A stretch of 59,345 nt of DNA, taken from NCBI GenBank assembly GCA_038231135.1, contig JBBRLX010000028.1, forward strand, positions 1 to 59,345. The letters are read 5' to 3'. The notes beneath the pieces were generated by a model. That model was not told the DNA's origin and did not search any database. It saw only the letters and a program-made list of their open reading frames with translations. The DNA is from Candidatus Eiseniibacteriota bacterium (GTDB lineage Bacteria > Eisenbacteria > RBG-16-71-46). Below, piece after piece: positions 17,013 through 26,917 of this stretch. The translations under genes and the position numbers were made by a program. Position 1 is the stretch's first letter. Every line of letters begins with the position of its first letter.

Positions 17013-18050
17013 CTACGAGTTCCCCGTCCGCGAGCCGTTCGGATACCGGCTCATCGCCAGTTCTACGATCTCGCCGATCACGTCCGCGTACTCGCGGCCC
17101 GACTCCTTCGCGGCCATCGAGAATTCGGCGGTCGGCAGCAGGTAGGGATTGGGATTCACCTCGAGCACGTGCACGGTGCCGTCGGTCGCGACGCGGAAGT
17201 CGATGCGGCCGTAGTCGCGCAACTCGAGCGCCTGGAACGCCTGCACGGCGGTGTCCTGCAGCTTGGCGGTGAGGCCCTCGTCGAGGTCCTTGGGAAAGAA
17301 CGGCTGCGTCTGCTTGTAGGCATCGGTGTCCTCGTCCCACTTCACCTCGGTGCCGGCGATCTTGGGCGTGCCGTGCGGCAGCTTCGACAGGTCCAGCTCC
17401 ACGATCGGCAGCGCCTCGGGACGGCCGTTGCCGAGCACCGCAACGTACATCTCGCGGCCTTCGATGTACTCCTCGATCAGCGCCGGGGAATCGAACTGGG
17501 CGTGGATGTAGTCGATGCGGTCCATCAGCTCTTTGATCGAGCTGCACACGGCGCCGAAGTGGATGCCGATCGAACCGTCCTCGCGCGCGGGCTTCACGAT
17601 CACCGGGAACGAGATGTCGTGCGAGTGCTCGGTGCGGCCGCGGAACACGGTGGCGAAGTACGGTGTGTGGATGCCGTGGAACGCGAAGATCTTCTTGGCG
17701 AGCGCCTTGTCCTGGGCGAGATACAGCCCATGCGCTCCGGCGCCGGTGTAGCGGCGCCCCAGCAGCTCGAGATACGCGGCAACGTTGGTGTCGTAGCCGT
17801 CGTGGCCGGAGAACGACTCGACCAGGTTGAAGATCAGGTCGGTCTCGGACGCCGCCAGCTCGACGAGGCTCTGGGCCGTGCCGTCGATGCGCAGGAACAC
17901 GGGATTGTGGCCGTTGGTCTTCAGCGCCTCGTAGACATCCTGCACGTCCTCGTCGGGCGACTTGCGCTTGGGCCGTGGCATCTCCCCCTCGCGCGGCTCG
18001 TCGTCGTCCCACCAGTAGTCGTACAGCACGCCGATGCGAAGCTTGGCCAT
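17013..18050 (-). CDS. D-alanine--D-alanine-ligase-like ATP-grasp protein
   Basis: FNLVES, YTGAG, QDKALAKK, FPVIVKPAREDGSIGI, EEYIEGRE, YGRIDFR, LEVNPNP motifs. Lacks the canonical Ddl GG.S.E N-terminus. Confidence 0.85.
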   Translation of the reverse strand: MAKLRIGVLYDYWWDDDEPREGEMPRPKRKSPDEDVQDVYEALKTNGHNPVFLRIDGTAQSLVELAASETDLIFNLVESFSGHDGYDTNVAAYLELLGRRYTGAGAHGLYLAQDKALAKKIFAFHGIHTPYFATVFRGRTEHSHDISFPVIVKPAREDGSIGIHFGAVCSSIKELMDRIDYIHAQFDSPALIEEYIEGREMYVAVLGNGRPEALPIVELDLSKLPHGTPKIAGTEVKWDEDTDAYKQTQPFFPKDLDEGLTAKLQDTAVQAFQALELRDYGRIDFRVATDGTVHVLEVNPNPYLLPTAEFSMAAKESGREYADVIGEIVELAMSRYPNGSRTGNS

Positions 18051-18104
18051 GTGATGTCCCTTCCCTGGGATCCCCCGACGTTTCCGGTCCTGCGCCGCCC
18101 CGCG

Positions 18105-19118
18105 CTAACTCAGCACGAATCTCCCCCGCGTCAGATAGTTCATCGCCATCGTGGTGCCGTAGGCGGTCAGCTCCACGAGGTATGTACCCTCTCGCCCCGT
18201 CTCCGCCATGAGGTTGCCGTCACGGCAGGTCCGGATGATGCGGTCGACCAAAGCCTTCACGACCGGCCGTTTCACGCCGGTCCAGTAGGTGATCTTGTCG
18301 GTCATCGTCGCGCGATGCTCTTCGAGCAGCTCGGCCGCCGGCCGAAGATTCCTGCGCTTGTCCTTCGCGGCCACGAACAGGTCGGCGAGGTCGGATTCGA
18401 GCGCCACGTTCACGGCAGCTCCGTTCCGGCGCATCATGCGCTGGTAGAACTGCCCCACGGTCACCTGCATGTCCTCGACCGTGATGTCGAAGTCGCCCGT
18501 CGACACGACCGGATCCTGATCACGCAGCTTGCGAAGCGTCACGTCAACATAACGCAACTTGCGGATCGCTGGCCAGGCTTTGTATCGGCGCCGCCAGCTC
18601 GAATTCGGCGTGAGCCACACCGCAAACGTTTCGGCGAAGTCCTCGTCCGGGTGTTTCTGCGCATACCATCCGGCGATGTGCCGCACGAACTTGCGGCTGA
18701 ACGGCACCGGGCGATAGTGGTCGCGATAGCGGCGGTTGTACGGCCCGAACATGTTGCGCCACTCGGGGGTGGCGTACAACCGGTAGGCGTAGTTCAATGC
18801 GTGACCCGCTTCGTGGCGCAGGTACATCATGATCTCGCGCTCGTCCTCGAGATCGTTCATCTCGCGTTCGAGACGCGCGAGCTTGGGGTCCGCCAGGTAG
18901 AATGGAATTCCGATCACCGGCTGGCCGTCGGGGCATCCCCACTCGTCGGTCAGGTAGCACACCGGGCGAAATTTCTTCACGCCCTTCTTCTCGAGCTCGC
19001 GATAGAGCTGGTGCACGAACCGCTCGACGGGAGATCCCTCGAGACGCAATCCGAGCTTGCTGATGGGCGTGCCGAGAATTTCCTGGACGTCGGCAGGAGT
19101 CTTTTCGAAATCCGGCAT
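18105..19118 (-). CDS. Putative zinc-binding metallopeptidase
   Basis: HEAGH zincin motif; WYAQKHPDEDFAETFAVW motif. Confidence 0.8.
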   Translation of the reverse strand: MPDFEKTPADVQEILGTPISKLGLRLEGSPVERFVHQLYRELEKKGVKKFRPVCYLTDEWGCPDGQPVIGIPFYLADPKLARLEREMNDLEDEREIMMYLRHEAGHALNYAYRLYATPEWRNMFGPYNRRYRDHYRPVPFSRKFVRHIAGWYAQKHPDEDFAETFAVWLTPNSSWRRRYKAWPAIRKLRYVDVTLRKLRDQDPVVSTGDFDITVEDMQVTVGQFYQRMMRRNGAAVNVALESDLADLFVAAKDKRRNLRPAAELLEEHRATMTDKITYWTGVKRPVVKALVDRIIRTCRDGNLMAETGREGTYLVELTAYGTTMAMNYLTRGRFVLS

Positions 19119-19445
19119 GTGGGATCAGGTGCTCCGAAGGACGGCGGGTCACGGCGCGGGGGGGGGCAGATGCTACGGCACGGGCCCCGGGCGCTCAAGA
19201 CGCGGGGCCCCTGGGAGGGGGCGCCCAGGGCGCGCGGTACCAAGGCGCGTGCGGAATGACCGTTCTCGCCGCGCGGAGGTCAAATCGCGGCAAAGAACGC
19301 AGAAGTCCCGAATAACTGTGGTGCAACACACATCTACAGGGTGCGGCCTACGGGGAGTGTTCCGGGGATCGCGATCCCTGAGTTCCCCTGTGTCTGTCTC
19401 GCCGCGCGCCGCTTCGCGGATGCGCTCTTCGGAAGGAACGTCGTC

Positions 19446-20108
19446 ATGATGCGTTCGATACGCCCGTTCGTGCTCGCGGTGCTCGCGCTGACATTCGTCG
19501 CCGCCGCCGCGTCGGCCGCCCCGGTGGCCTACAAGATCGACCCGTCGCACTCCGAGGTCGGCTTTCGGATCCGCCACTTCTTCTCGAAGGTGCCGGGCCA
19601 CTTCAACGACTTCGTGGGAACCGTGACACTGGACGACAAGAACCTGGCCGCTTCGGCGGTGGATGTGACGATCCAGACCGCGAGCATCTTCACGAACAAC
19701 GATCGCCGCGACAATCACCTGCGCAGCGACGACTTCTTCGGCGCCGAGAAGAATCCGACGATCACGTTCAAGAGCACCAAGATCACGCCCGGCGAGGGGC
19801 AGAAGTTCAAGATCGACGGCGACCTGACGATGAAGGGGGTCACGAAGCCGGTGACGCTCGACGCCGAGTTCGTGGGCCAGGGCGACATCGGCATGGGTGG
19901 CAATTCGGTCGGCCACCGCGCCGGCTTCGACGCCACCACGACGATCAATCGCAAGGACTGGAACATCCTGTGGAACAAGACGCTCGACAATGGCGGCACG
20001 ATGCTCGACGACATGGTCACGATCAACCTCGGCGTCGAGGCCGTGAAGGACGAGCCGCACAAGGACGGCGCCAAGCCCGCACCCGCGCCGGCGGCCGCCA
20101 AGAAGTAG
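19446..20108 (+). CDS. YceI-family polyisoprenoid-binding protein
   Basis: Signal peptide; YKIDPSHSEVGF, RDNHLRSDDFF, GDLTMKGVTKPV motifs. Confidence 0.9.
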   Translation: MMRSIRPFVLAVLALTFVAAAASAAPVAYKIDPSHSEVGFRIRHFFSKVPGHFNDFVGTVTLDDKNLAASAVDVTIQTASIFTNNDRRDNHLRSDDFFGAEKNPTITFKSTKITPGEGQKFKIDGDLTMKGVTKPVTLDAEFVGQGDIGMGGNSVGHRAGFDATTTINRKDWNILWNKTLDNGGTMLDDMVTINLGVEAVKDEPHKDGAKPAPAPAAAKK

Positions 20109-20140
20109 GCGCCCAAGCAACTTGGCGGCACCACACACGA

Positions 20141-20183
20141 CAGCGCCCCTCCGGGAGTTCCCGAAGGGGCGCTGGTTCGTTTT
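20141..20183. terminator. Hairpin between the convergent YceI and TPR genes
   Basis: CAGCGCCCCT-c-CGGGA gt TCCCG-a-AGGGGCGCTG followed by gttcgtttt. Confidence 0.65.
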
Positions 20184-20193
20184 CGGGCTGCCG

Positions 20194-20877
20194 TTACTTC
20201 GAGCCGGTCGAATCCGCCGCGGCCGGGGTCGTCGCAGTGCTCGGAGTCGATGTGACTATCGCGGTGCCCACCGGTGACGAGGACCCGGCGCTCGCCGTGG
20301 CCGCGGGTGCGGCGGCCTCGGGATGCGCCGCGGCGTAGGTGTTGACCGCGGCCGTGAGCTCGGCCGTCTCGTCGGTCGCCTTCAGGCGCTCGAGCACCGC
20401 GAGCTGCTGGCGCGCCAGGTCCGGCTTGCCCATCTCGAGATACGCCTCGCCCAGGTATTCGCGCGCGGGCGCGTAGTCGTAGGCGATGCCGAGGCACGTC
20501 TGGTACGCAGCGACCGCGTCATCGTACTTGCCGAGCTTGCGCGACGCGTAGCCCACCAGGTTCCACGCCTCGTGGTAGGTGGAATCCAGCCCGACGGCTT
20601 CGCGGGCACGGCCGAGTGCCTTCGTGAACCGCTTCTTCGCGTTGTCGTCCTTCTTGTCGGCGAGATCCTTCTTGGCCTTCGCGATCTCGCTGTAGGCGTC
20701 GCCATAGGCGCGCTCGGCCTGCTGGCGCACGGTCGGACCGTCGGTGCTCGCCGGATCGGTCGAACTCGACGGCATGCTGGGAGCCGAGCCGCCGCCGCCA
20801 CCGCCCATGCTCGCCAGGGCGGGCACGGCGAGAACGCTCGACAGCACGAGTAGCGGAAGCATCCTGTTGTGGCGCAT
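20194..20877 (-). CDS. Secreted tetratricopeptide-repeat protein
   Basis: GAGG RBS before MRHNRML; signal peptide; TPR pattern AWNLVGYASRKLGKYDDA...AREYLGEAYLEMG. Confidence 0.8.
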   Translation of the reverse strand: MRHNRMLPLLVLSSVLAVPALASMGGGGGGSAPSMPSSSTDPASTDGPTVRQQAERAYGDAYSEIAKAKKDLADKKDDNAKKRFTKALGRAREAVGLDSTYHEAWNLVGYASRKLGKYDDAVAAYQTCLGIAYDYAPAREYLGEAYLEMGKPDLARQQLAVLERLKATDETAELTAAVNTYAAAHPEAAAPAATASAGSSSPVGTAIVTSTPSTATTPAAADSTGSK

Positions 20878-21134
20878 GAATTCCTCGGAATGTGCGGTGG
20901 TGGCGGCGTGCGCGGCAGCACGCGGGCGTTCCCGGTACCCAACTATTGTGCACCCGATCGGTGGCGGGAGCCAGCCCGGAGCAGCGGACGGGGACGGACT
21001 GGGGTCGTGTGGGGATGGGCGGGCGGCCACCCGCGCGCCGGCGTCCCGAATAGCGTCCGACCGACGGGCAGCCAACGGAATCGGCCACCCCCCGAAGGGG
21101 ATGGCCGTCCCAGTCCCGGCGGCGCCGGTCCCGC

Positions 21135-24100
21135 TCAGGGAAGCAGGACCATGCGCCGGCCGAGCGTGCCCCGCTCCGTGGTGAGCCTGTAGAAGTACAT
21201 GCCGGCCCGCGCCGGCCCGCCATCCTCGGTCCGGCCATCCCAAGCGCGCTGGTGAACGCCCGCGTCGAGGCGCCCGTCGACGAGCGTCCGCACCCGGCGG
21301 CCGGCGACGTCGAAGATCGTAAGGCTGACCTTCGCGGTCGACGGCAGCGCGAACCGGATCACCGAGCTGCGAGTGAAGGGGTTCGGTGTGTTTTGATTGA
21401 GCGCTAGCCGCAGCGTCCCATCCCCCGCCCCCACTGCGAGCGTCGGCGCCACGCACTGGATGCTCGTGATGGTGAACGCCTGGCTCGCGTTGGGATTGTC
21501 GAACGCCACGACCTTCCACTGATAGGTACCCGGCGCTGGCGTGACGTAAGTCGCCACCTCGGGATCGTTCGTCGACGTCGCACCGCTCGCCACCGCGTTG
21601 CCGCCCGGGTCGAGCAGGTAGAGGTCGAGATCGATCGCCGGGGCCCCGGTCCAACTCAGCAGTCCCTGCACCTGGCTCACGCCCGAGCCGATCGTGAACG
21701 GCTGCGTCACGAACACGTTGTTCGTGCCCTGAACGTCGACGCCCACGGTGCCGGTGTAGATCGAGCTGTCGGGCGTGCAGTCGCTCGGCGGCGCCGCGTA
21801 TTCGCCGGGCGTCGCGGTCAGCACGACCCGCTGCGTGTCGGCCGCGGCCGACGGGTCGGCGACGCGGAACAGCAGCGTATAGTCGCCCTGCGCCCCGAGT
21901 TGCGGCGTCCACGTGAACACGCCCGTCGAGCCGTCGAACGTGGCGTTCGCCGGCAGCGGCGTGGCGCCATAGGTGAGCGGATCGGATTCGCGATCGTGTG
22001 CCGTGACTGTGAACCGCATCGTCGAGCCGACGCGCGTGGTGCGGTCGGCGATGGGATCGAGCACCGGCGCGGTGTTGCTGCCCGGGGCGCGATTCGCGAT
22101 CGTGAGCGTCACGTCCTCGGTGTCCTCCGCGAGCTGGGTATCGGCGGCGTGGAACGTCACGTGGTAGGTGCCCGCCTGCCCGAACGACGGCTGCCACGCA
22201 AACGTGCGGGCGCCGGGATTGAACGTGGCTCCGGCCGGCAGGCCGGTCGCCGAATACGTGATCGCCTGGCCGTCCGCGTCCGTCGCATGCACGTCGATGT
22301 TGAGGTTCAGGCCTTCCGATCCAGAGCGCGGACCGATCGGATCCAGCACCGGCGTGTGATTGAGCGACGTCGCCGGATCGAGCGGGATCCAGAACGTCGT
22401 CGTCTGGCCCTCGACGGTCGGCGTGCTCGAATTCGACGCGCGGAACACCGTCGCCGTGCTGCCGGTGTAGACCGTGACGGAGAAGCTGTCGACCACACCT
22501 TCGGTGTTCACGAACCCCTTCTCATTCACTGCCAGGAACCACGGGTTCGCGGCGCTCGGCGGCAGGAACTGCGTCACCAGGTCCGCGTCGGTGAGATCGG
22601 AGTGGAAGAAATAGCGCGTTACGTCGCCGAACACCCCGGGCACGACGACCACGGCGGAATCCGCTGCGCCGCTGCCGCCGGTGGGCCGGACGAACGCCGG
22701 CGCGTCGATGCTGGTGCCGCTGCCGAACCGTGTGAACAGATCGTTGTCGATCGCCGTGTGCGACACCACCCACTGCACGCGGGCGCGCACCGGCGGGGTG
22801 TCGGTGAGCACCCGGAACGCGGGCTCCAGGCGCTGGCGGCCGTCCGTGTCGGTCCAGCGCACCTGGTACCAGTAGGGCGCGCCGGCGACCAGCGAGGGAT
22901 CGGTGTCGGTCCAGGTGTAGAACGTGCGGTTGCCGGTGCGCTCGATCACCGCGTGCCCTTTGGGCGCTACCGCCGGGCTCGCCGCCGCGAAGTCGCCCGC
23001 GAAGCCGCCGAGATCGGGCGCGCGGTAGACGCCGAACTCCGTGACGCCGATCTCGCGCTGCGTCGTCCACCGCACCTGGATCTGCAGCACACCGTCAAGC
23101 CTGGCGGGCGTGGCGCCTTCGGCGATGACCTGGGTGGTCGCCGGGTCGAGCGCCTCCTTCACGGCGGCATACGCGTCGGGCTCTCCCCAGCCCCATGACG
23201 GATGGTAGTTGGGATCGAGGTGGAACGGATCGGAGGCCGACGGCGGCTGCTGGCCATGATCGGTGCGGTGCTCGGCCGTGTTCTGCGCGATGTCGCGAAC
23301 CTGGAGCGGCGTCAAGTTGGGATTCGCCTCGAGGATCAGGGCGCACAGGCCGGTGATCGTCGGCGTCGCCATGCTGGTGCCGTTGATGTTGTGATAGTGC
23401 CGGCCGTCGCTCGTGGGGTCGCCAAGCGCCGAGATGATGTCGGAGCCCGAGCCGAGCACCGACGGCTTCATCTCGTCGAAGTGATCGCCGTCGTTGTCGG
23501 ACTGCCGCGGGCCCTCGTTCGAGTAGTTGGCGACGATGTCGTCCGAGTGCTGCAGCGTGTTCGCGTCCTGCATCGCGCCCACCGCGATGTCGAGATCGGC
23601 AGACGCCGGGCTCGGCATGTACGCGGTCTTGCCGTCGTTGCCGGTGGCCACGCATACCACGATGCCGGCGCGCACCGCGGCGTTCACCGCGACGGCGTCC
23701 GCGTCGGTGCCGTCGGAGGCGGTCGCGCCGCCGATGCTCATGTTCACGACCTGCACACCCCGGAGCACGGCGCCGCCGGCGTCGGTGCCCCACACCCGAT
23801 TGCGGTTCGCGATGCACCAGTCGAGCGCCTCCGCCGCGCCGCCGCCCTCGCCGGCATCGGTGAGCACCTTGCAGTCGACGAGCCGCGCGTTCGGCGCCAT
23901 GCCGGCGTAGGTGCCCGGTGTCGCGCCCGGCGGCAGCACGCCCGTGGGACCGCCGCTGCCGATCGCGGTGCCCGCGACGTGGGTGGCGTGGTACGACCCC
24001 TCGGGATCGACGGTGTTGCGCGGATTCGCGCTGGAATCGGGCGGCGTGTTGAGGCTCGCGTCCGCGTTCGAGAAGTCGCCGCCGCCCACGAACTTGCCGA

Positions 24101-24695
24101 GCAGGGATTCATGGCCGGGATAGCTGTTGAACGGCTGGTCGTTGACGCCCGTGTCGAGGATGCCGACGACGACGCCGCGTCCCGTCATGCCGAGCTGGCT
24201 CCAGACCGACGGGAACATGCCGGCGCCGACGCCGCCCGCCGCGTCGCGCGCGCGCAGCGTGCGCGTGGCGTTGTCGTTGAACGGGTACATCGGCTGCCAC
24301 GCCTCGACGCGCCGCACGCCCGGCCTGGCGAGGATCGCCTGGATCTGCATGAACGACACGCGTGCACGCAGGTAGTCGATCGAGCGGGCCTGCCACAGCA
24401 GCCGGGCGCCCGTCGCCGTCAGCGCCGCGACGTCGGCCGCGGTCGGATGGTGGTCGTACGCCACGTAGACGCCGTACTCGACGCCGCCCGTCACGGGATA
24501 GACGAACAGGATCTGCCGGTCGTTGAGATTCTGGTGCAGATGCGCGGCGGGCAGGCCGCCCGTCTGCACGGCTTCGATACGGTCGTCGATCCGATTCTGG
24601 TTCTGGTCCCACATCCACGTGGCCGCGAGAGCCAGGGATGTGGTGAGCGAGACGAACACGCTCGCAACGAGCGCGGCAACCAGTGAGCGTCGCAC
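21135..24695 (-). CDS. Secreted S8 subtilisin-like protease with Ig repeats, PPC-like domain and FlgD-Ig C-terminus
   Basis: Catalytic triad ILDTG / HATHVAG / GTSMATP; two putative Ig domains (PVLDPI...F.W.P); QNTPNPF C-terminal domain. GGAGG RBS. Confidence 0.9.
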   Translation of the reverse strand: MRRSLVAALVASVFVSLTTSLALAATWMWDQNQNRIDDRIEAVQTGGLPAAHLHQNLNDRQILFVYPVTGGVEYGVYVAYDHHPTAADVAALTATGARLLWQARSIDYLRARVSFMQIQAILARPGVRRVEAWQPMYPFNDNATRTLRARDAAGGVGAGMFPSVWSQLGMTGRGVVVGILDTGVNDQPFNSYPGHESLLGKFVGGGDFSNADASLNTPPDSSANPRNTVDPEGSYHATHVAGTAIGSGGPTGVLPPGATPGTYAGMAPNARLVDCKVLTDAGEGGGAAEALDWCIANRNRVWGTDAGGAVLRGVQVVNMSIGGATASDGTDADAVAVNAAVRAGIVVCVATGNDGKTAYMPSPASADLDIAVGAMQDANTLQHSDDIVANYSNEGPRQSDNDGDHFDEMKPSVLGSGSDIISALGDPTSDGRHYHNINGTSMATPTITGLCALILEANPNLTPLQVRDIAQNTAEHRTDHGQQPPSASDPFHLDPNYHPSWGWGEPDAYAAVKEALDPATTQVIAEGATPARLDGVLQIQVRWTTQREIGVTEFGVYRAPDLGGFAGDFAAASPAVAPKGHAVIERTGNRTFYTWTDTDPSLVAGAPYWYQVRWTDTDGRQRLEPAFRVLTDTPPVRARVQWVVSHTAIDNDLFTRFGSGTSIDAPAFVRPTGGSGAADSAVVVVPGVFGDVTRYFFHSDLTDADLVTQFLPPSAANPWFLAVNEKGFVNTEGVVDSFSVTVYTGSTATVFRASNSSTPTVEGQTTTFWIPLDPATSLNHTPVLDPIGPRSGSEGLNLNIDVHATDADGQAITYSATGLPAGATFNPGARTFAWQPSFGQAGTYHVTFHAADTQLAEDTEDVTLTIANRAPGSNTAPVLDPIADRTTRVGSTMRFTVTAHDRESDPLTYGATPLPANATFDGSTGVFTWTPQLGAQGDYTLLFRVADPSAAADTQRVVLTATPGEYAAPPSDCTPDSSIYTGTVGVDVQGTNNVFVTQPFTIGSGVSQVQGLLSWTGAPAIDLDLYLLDPGGNAVASGATSTNDPEVATYVTPAPGTYQWKVVAFDNPNASQAFTITSIQCVAPTLAVGAGDGTLRLALNQNTPNPFTRSSVIRFALPSTAKVSLTIFDVAGRRVRTLVDGRLDAGVHQRAWDGRTEDGGPARAGMYFYRLTTERGTLGRRMVLLP

Positions 24696-24799
24696 GGTGA
24701 AACCCTCCTCGGGACTGCCTGATTTCCAGGGAATGCCGTGAGGTCACCGCGAGCCCCCTGTCGCCCGAGGCAACCGCGGGTGACCTTGCGGGGAGGGTG

Positions 24800-24816
24800 T
24801 TGAGCGGGAGTTGAGC
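24800..24816 (-). promoter_or_regulatory. Direct-repeat motif GCTCAA-N5-GCTCAA, copy 1
   Basis: GCTCAACTCCCGCTCAA on the minus strand upstream of S8 protease 1; 16/17 identical to 31300-31316. Confidence 0.55.
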
Positions 24817-24940
24817 GGCGGTAGCACAAGGTGGGTCGGCGCATTGGGCCGCAATAGGTTATGGAATGCGTCACGGCACGGCGAAACGGGCCGAGAAAGG
24901 CGCCAGGGCCAGGAATCGCATGCTTTGGAGGAAACCCCGA

Positions 24941-26785
24941 TCAGCGGCGCTGCGCGGCTTTTGGCTTCACGTATACGCTCTCGATGTTCCACAGCAGGCG
25001 GTGGCGGATCGGGCTCGGGTCGAGGTTGCCGAACCGGTTGCGGATCGGCAACCGGATGTCCTGCACCGGCAACCACACCACCCAGCCCTGATCGCCGATG
25101 ATCTGCTCGATCTTGGCGGACAGCCGCTTGCGAACGACCATGTCGCGCACCGTCACGAGCCGGTCGAACAGGCTGTCGATGCGGGCCTCCTCGGGCGTCT
25201 CGGGATGGAGTTGCCCGACGTTCCAGAAATGGGTCGAGCCACTCGACAGGTAGAAATTCGGCCCCACGCCGGGATCGGGCGGCACGGAACCGCCGAGCCC
25301 GCCCAGCTCCGCGTCGTAGCCGAAATCGTTCGTGATGTGAGCCATCATGCTGTTGAACGCTACGGGCGCGATCGTGCAGCCGATGCCGACCTTCGCGAGA
25401 TCGTCGCGAACGAAGTTCGCGAGCGCCACCCGCACCGCGCTGTTCGCGTTGGTCTCGAGCGTGAACTTCACGGGATTGCCGTGAGCGTCCTCGAGCACGC
25501 CATCGCGGTCGGAGTCGCGCCAGCCCAGGCCGGCGAGCAGTTGTCGTGCGCCGGCGGGATCGTAGTCGTAGGCGGGCGCCTGCGGGTTGTGGAACACCCG
25601 GTTGCCGGGGGTGATCACCGACCAGCTCCGGGTACCGGCGCCGAAATACACCGCGCGGATCATGGCGTCACGGTCGATGGCCTTCGACACCGCACGGCGG
25701 AACACCGGGTTCGAGAACCACGCGTACTTCACCGCGCCCGCGTAGGGATCCCCCACGTTCCTGGCGCCGGCCGCGACCTTCACGGTATTGAGATTGAACC
25801 AGAAGAAGCTGCTGGTGAGCGTGGGCCCCAGGTCATGGAGCGTGTAGTCGCCCGCGGCCTGACCCTTTGCGTAGGTCGCATAGTCGTCGGGCTTCACGTT
25901 GTCGAGCCCGTCGATCTCGCTGTTCGGCGCCTGGAACTGGATCGCCGCGGTGGTCTGATCGGGCACGATCGTGAAGATCAGCCGGTCGAGATACGGCAGG
26001 CGCCGCCCGCGCGCGTCGACCCCGTACCAGTACTTGTTCCGCGCCAGCACCACCTTCTCGTGCGGCGCATACTGCTCGAGCAACCACGGTCCGCTGGTGA
26101 CCAGGCTGTCGCGCGGCGTTCCCACGCCATACGCCGACGCGAACGCGCCCGCCCGCCAGGCCGCGCCCAGCACGTGCTCGGGCAGGATCCGCACCGCTCC
26201 CACCGTCGGCTCCATGAGCGCGAACGGCCGGTCGATGCGCGTCACCACCGTGTAGGAATCGGGCGCCGACACGATCATCGGCCGGCCGTGCACGAGCACG
26301 GCGTCGTGGACCGGGGACGCCAGCGACGTGTCGTTCGCGACATCGAAGCTGAACTTCACGTCGGCCGCCGTGATCGGCTGGCCGTCCGAGAACCGGGCGC
26401 CGCGCCGCAGGTGCCACGTCCAGACGAGGCCGTCGGCACTCACCTCCCACGACTTCGCGAGCGCGGGCCGGATCCGCTGCGTCGCGTTGTCGAAGCGGGT
26501 GAGCGAGGTGAACAGCCGCTCGCACACATCGACCGAATTGGTCTCGGCGGCAAGGATCGGATTGAACGTGCGGGGGTCGTTGGTGACCGCGATCACGAAC
26601 CGGCCGCCATAGGCGCCCGGCTCGCGCATCGGCGTGAGCATGGGCTCGAATGCCGCGGGGCGCGACGTCACGGGTGCGGTGGCGCGATGCGCGGACGTCG
26701 CCGCGGCCGCCCGGACCGGTGAAGCGCCGGCCACGGCGCCGAGAGTCAGCGTGAACGCGATGCCGGCGACGAACACGTTGCGCAT
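24941..26785 (-). CDS. ABC transporter substrate-binding protein, family 5 (peptide/nickel)
   Basis: DPRTFNPI, PALAKSWEVSADG..W..HLR.G.RFSDG.PITAADV, LPYLD motifs. No permease genes adjacent. Confidence 0.9.
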   Translation of the reverse strand: MRNVFVAGIAFTLTLGAVAGASPVRAAAATSAHRATAPVTSRPAAFEPMLTPMREPGAYGGRFVIAVTNDPRTFNPILAAETNSVDVCERLFTSLTRFDNATQRIRPALAKSWEVSADGLVWTWHLRRGARFSDGQPITAADVKFSFDVANDTSLASPVHDAVLVHGRPMIVSAPDSYTVVTRIDRPFALMEPTVGAVRILPEHVLGAAWRAGAFASAYGVGTPRDSLVTSGPWLLEQYAPHEKVVLARNKYWYGVDARGRRLPYLDRLIFTIVPDQTTAAIQFQAPNSEIDGLDNVKPDDYATYAKGQAAGDYTLHDLGPTLTSSFFWFNLNTVKVAAGARNVGDPYAGAVKYAWFSNPVFRRAVSKAIDRDAMIRAVYFGAGTRSWSVITPGNRVFHNPQAPAYDYDPAGARQLLAGLGWRDSDRDGVLEDAHGNPVKFTLETNANSAVRVALANFVRDDLAKVGIGCTIAPVAFNSMMAHITNDFGYDAELGGLGGSVPPDPGVGPNFYLSSGSTHFWNVGQLHPETPEEARIDSLFDRLVTVRDMVVRKRLSAKIEQIIGDQGWVVWLPVQDIRLPIRNRFGNLDPSPIRHRLLWNIESVYVKPKAAQRR

Positions 26786-26917
26786 GCTCAAACCTCCCGA
26801 TCGAGAACTACGAAAGCCTTGCGCGAGCGCCGGCGCCGGGTGCGCCGCCGTCCGTCCGGCCCGAGACCCAACGAGAATTCCGGCGCGGCCGAGCCGCGGT
26901 CACCCGGCGCCGCGTGC

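Noticed and set aside
20878..22197. 5' extension of the TPR ORF (667 aa in the track)
   Set aside because: It overlaps the S8 protease in another frame; the signal peptide and RBS point to a start at 20877.
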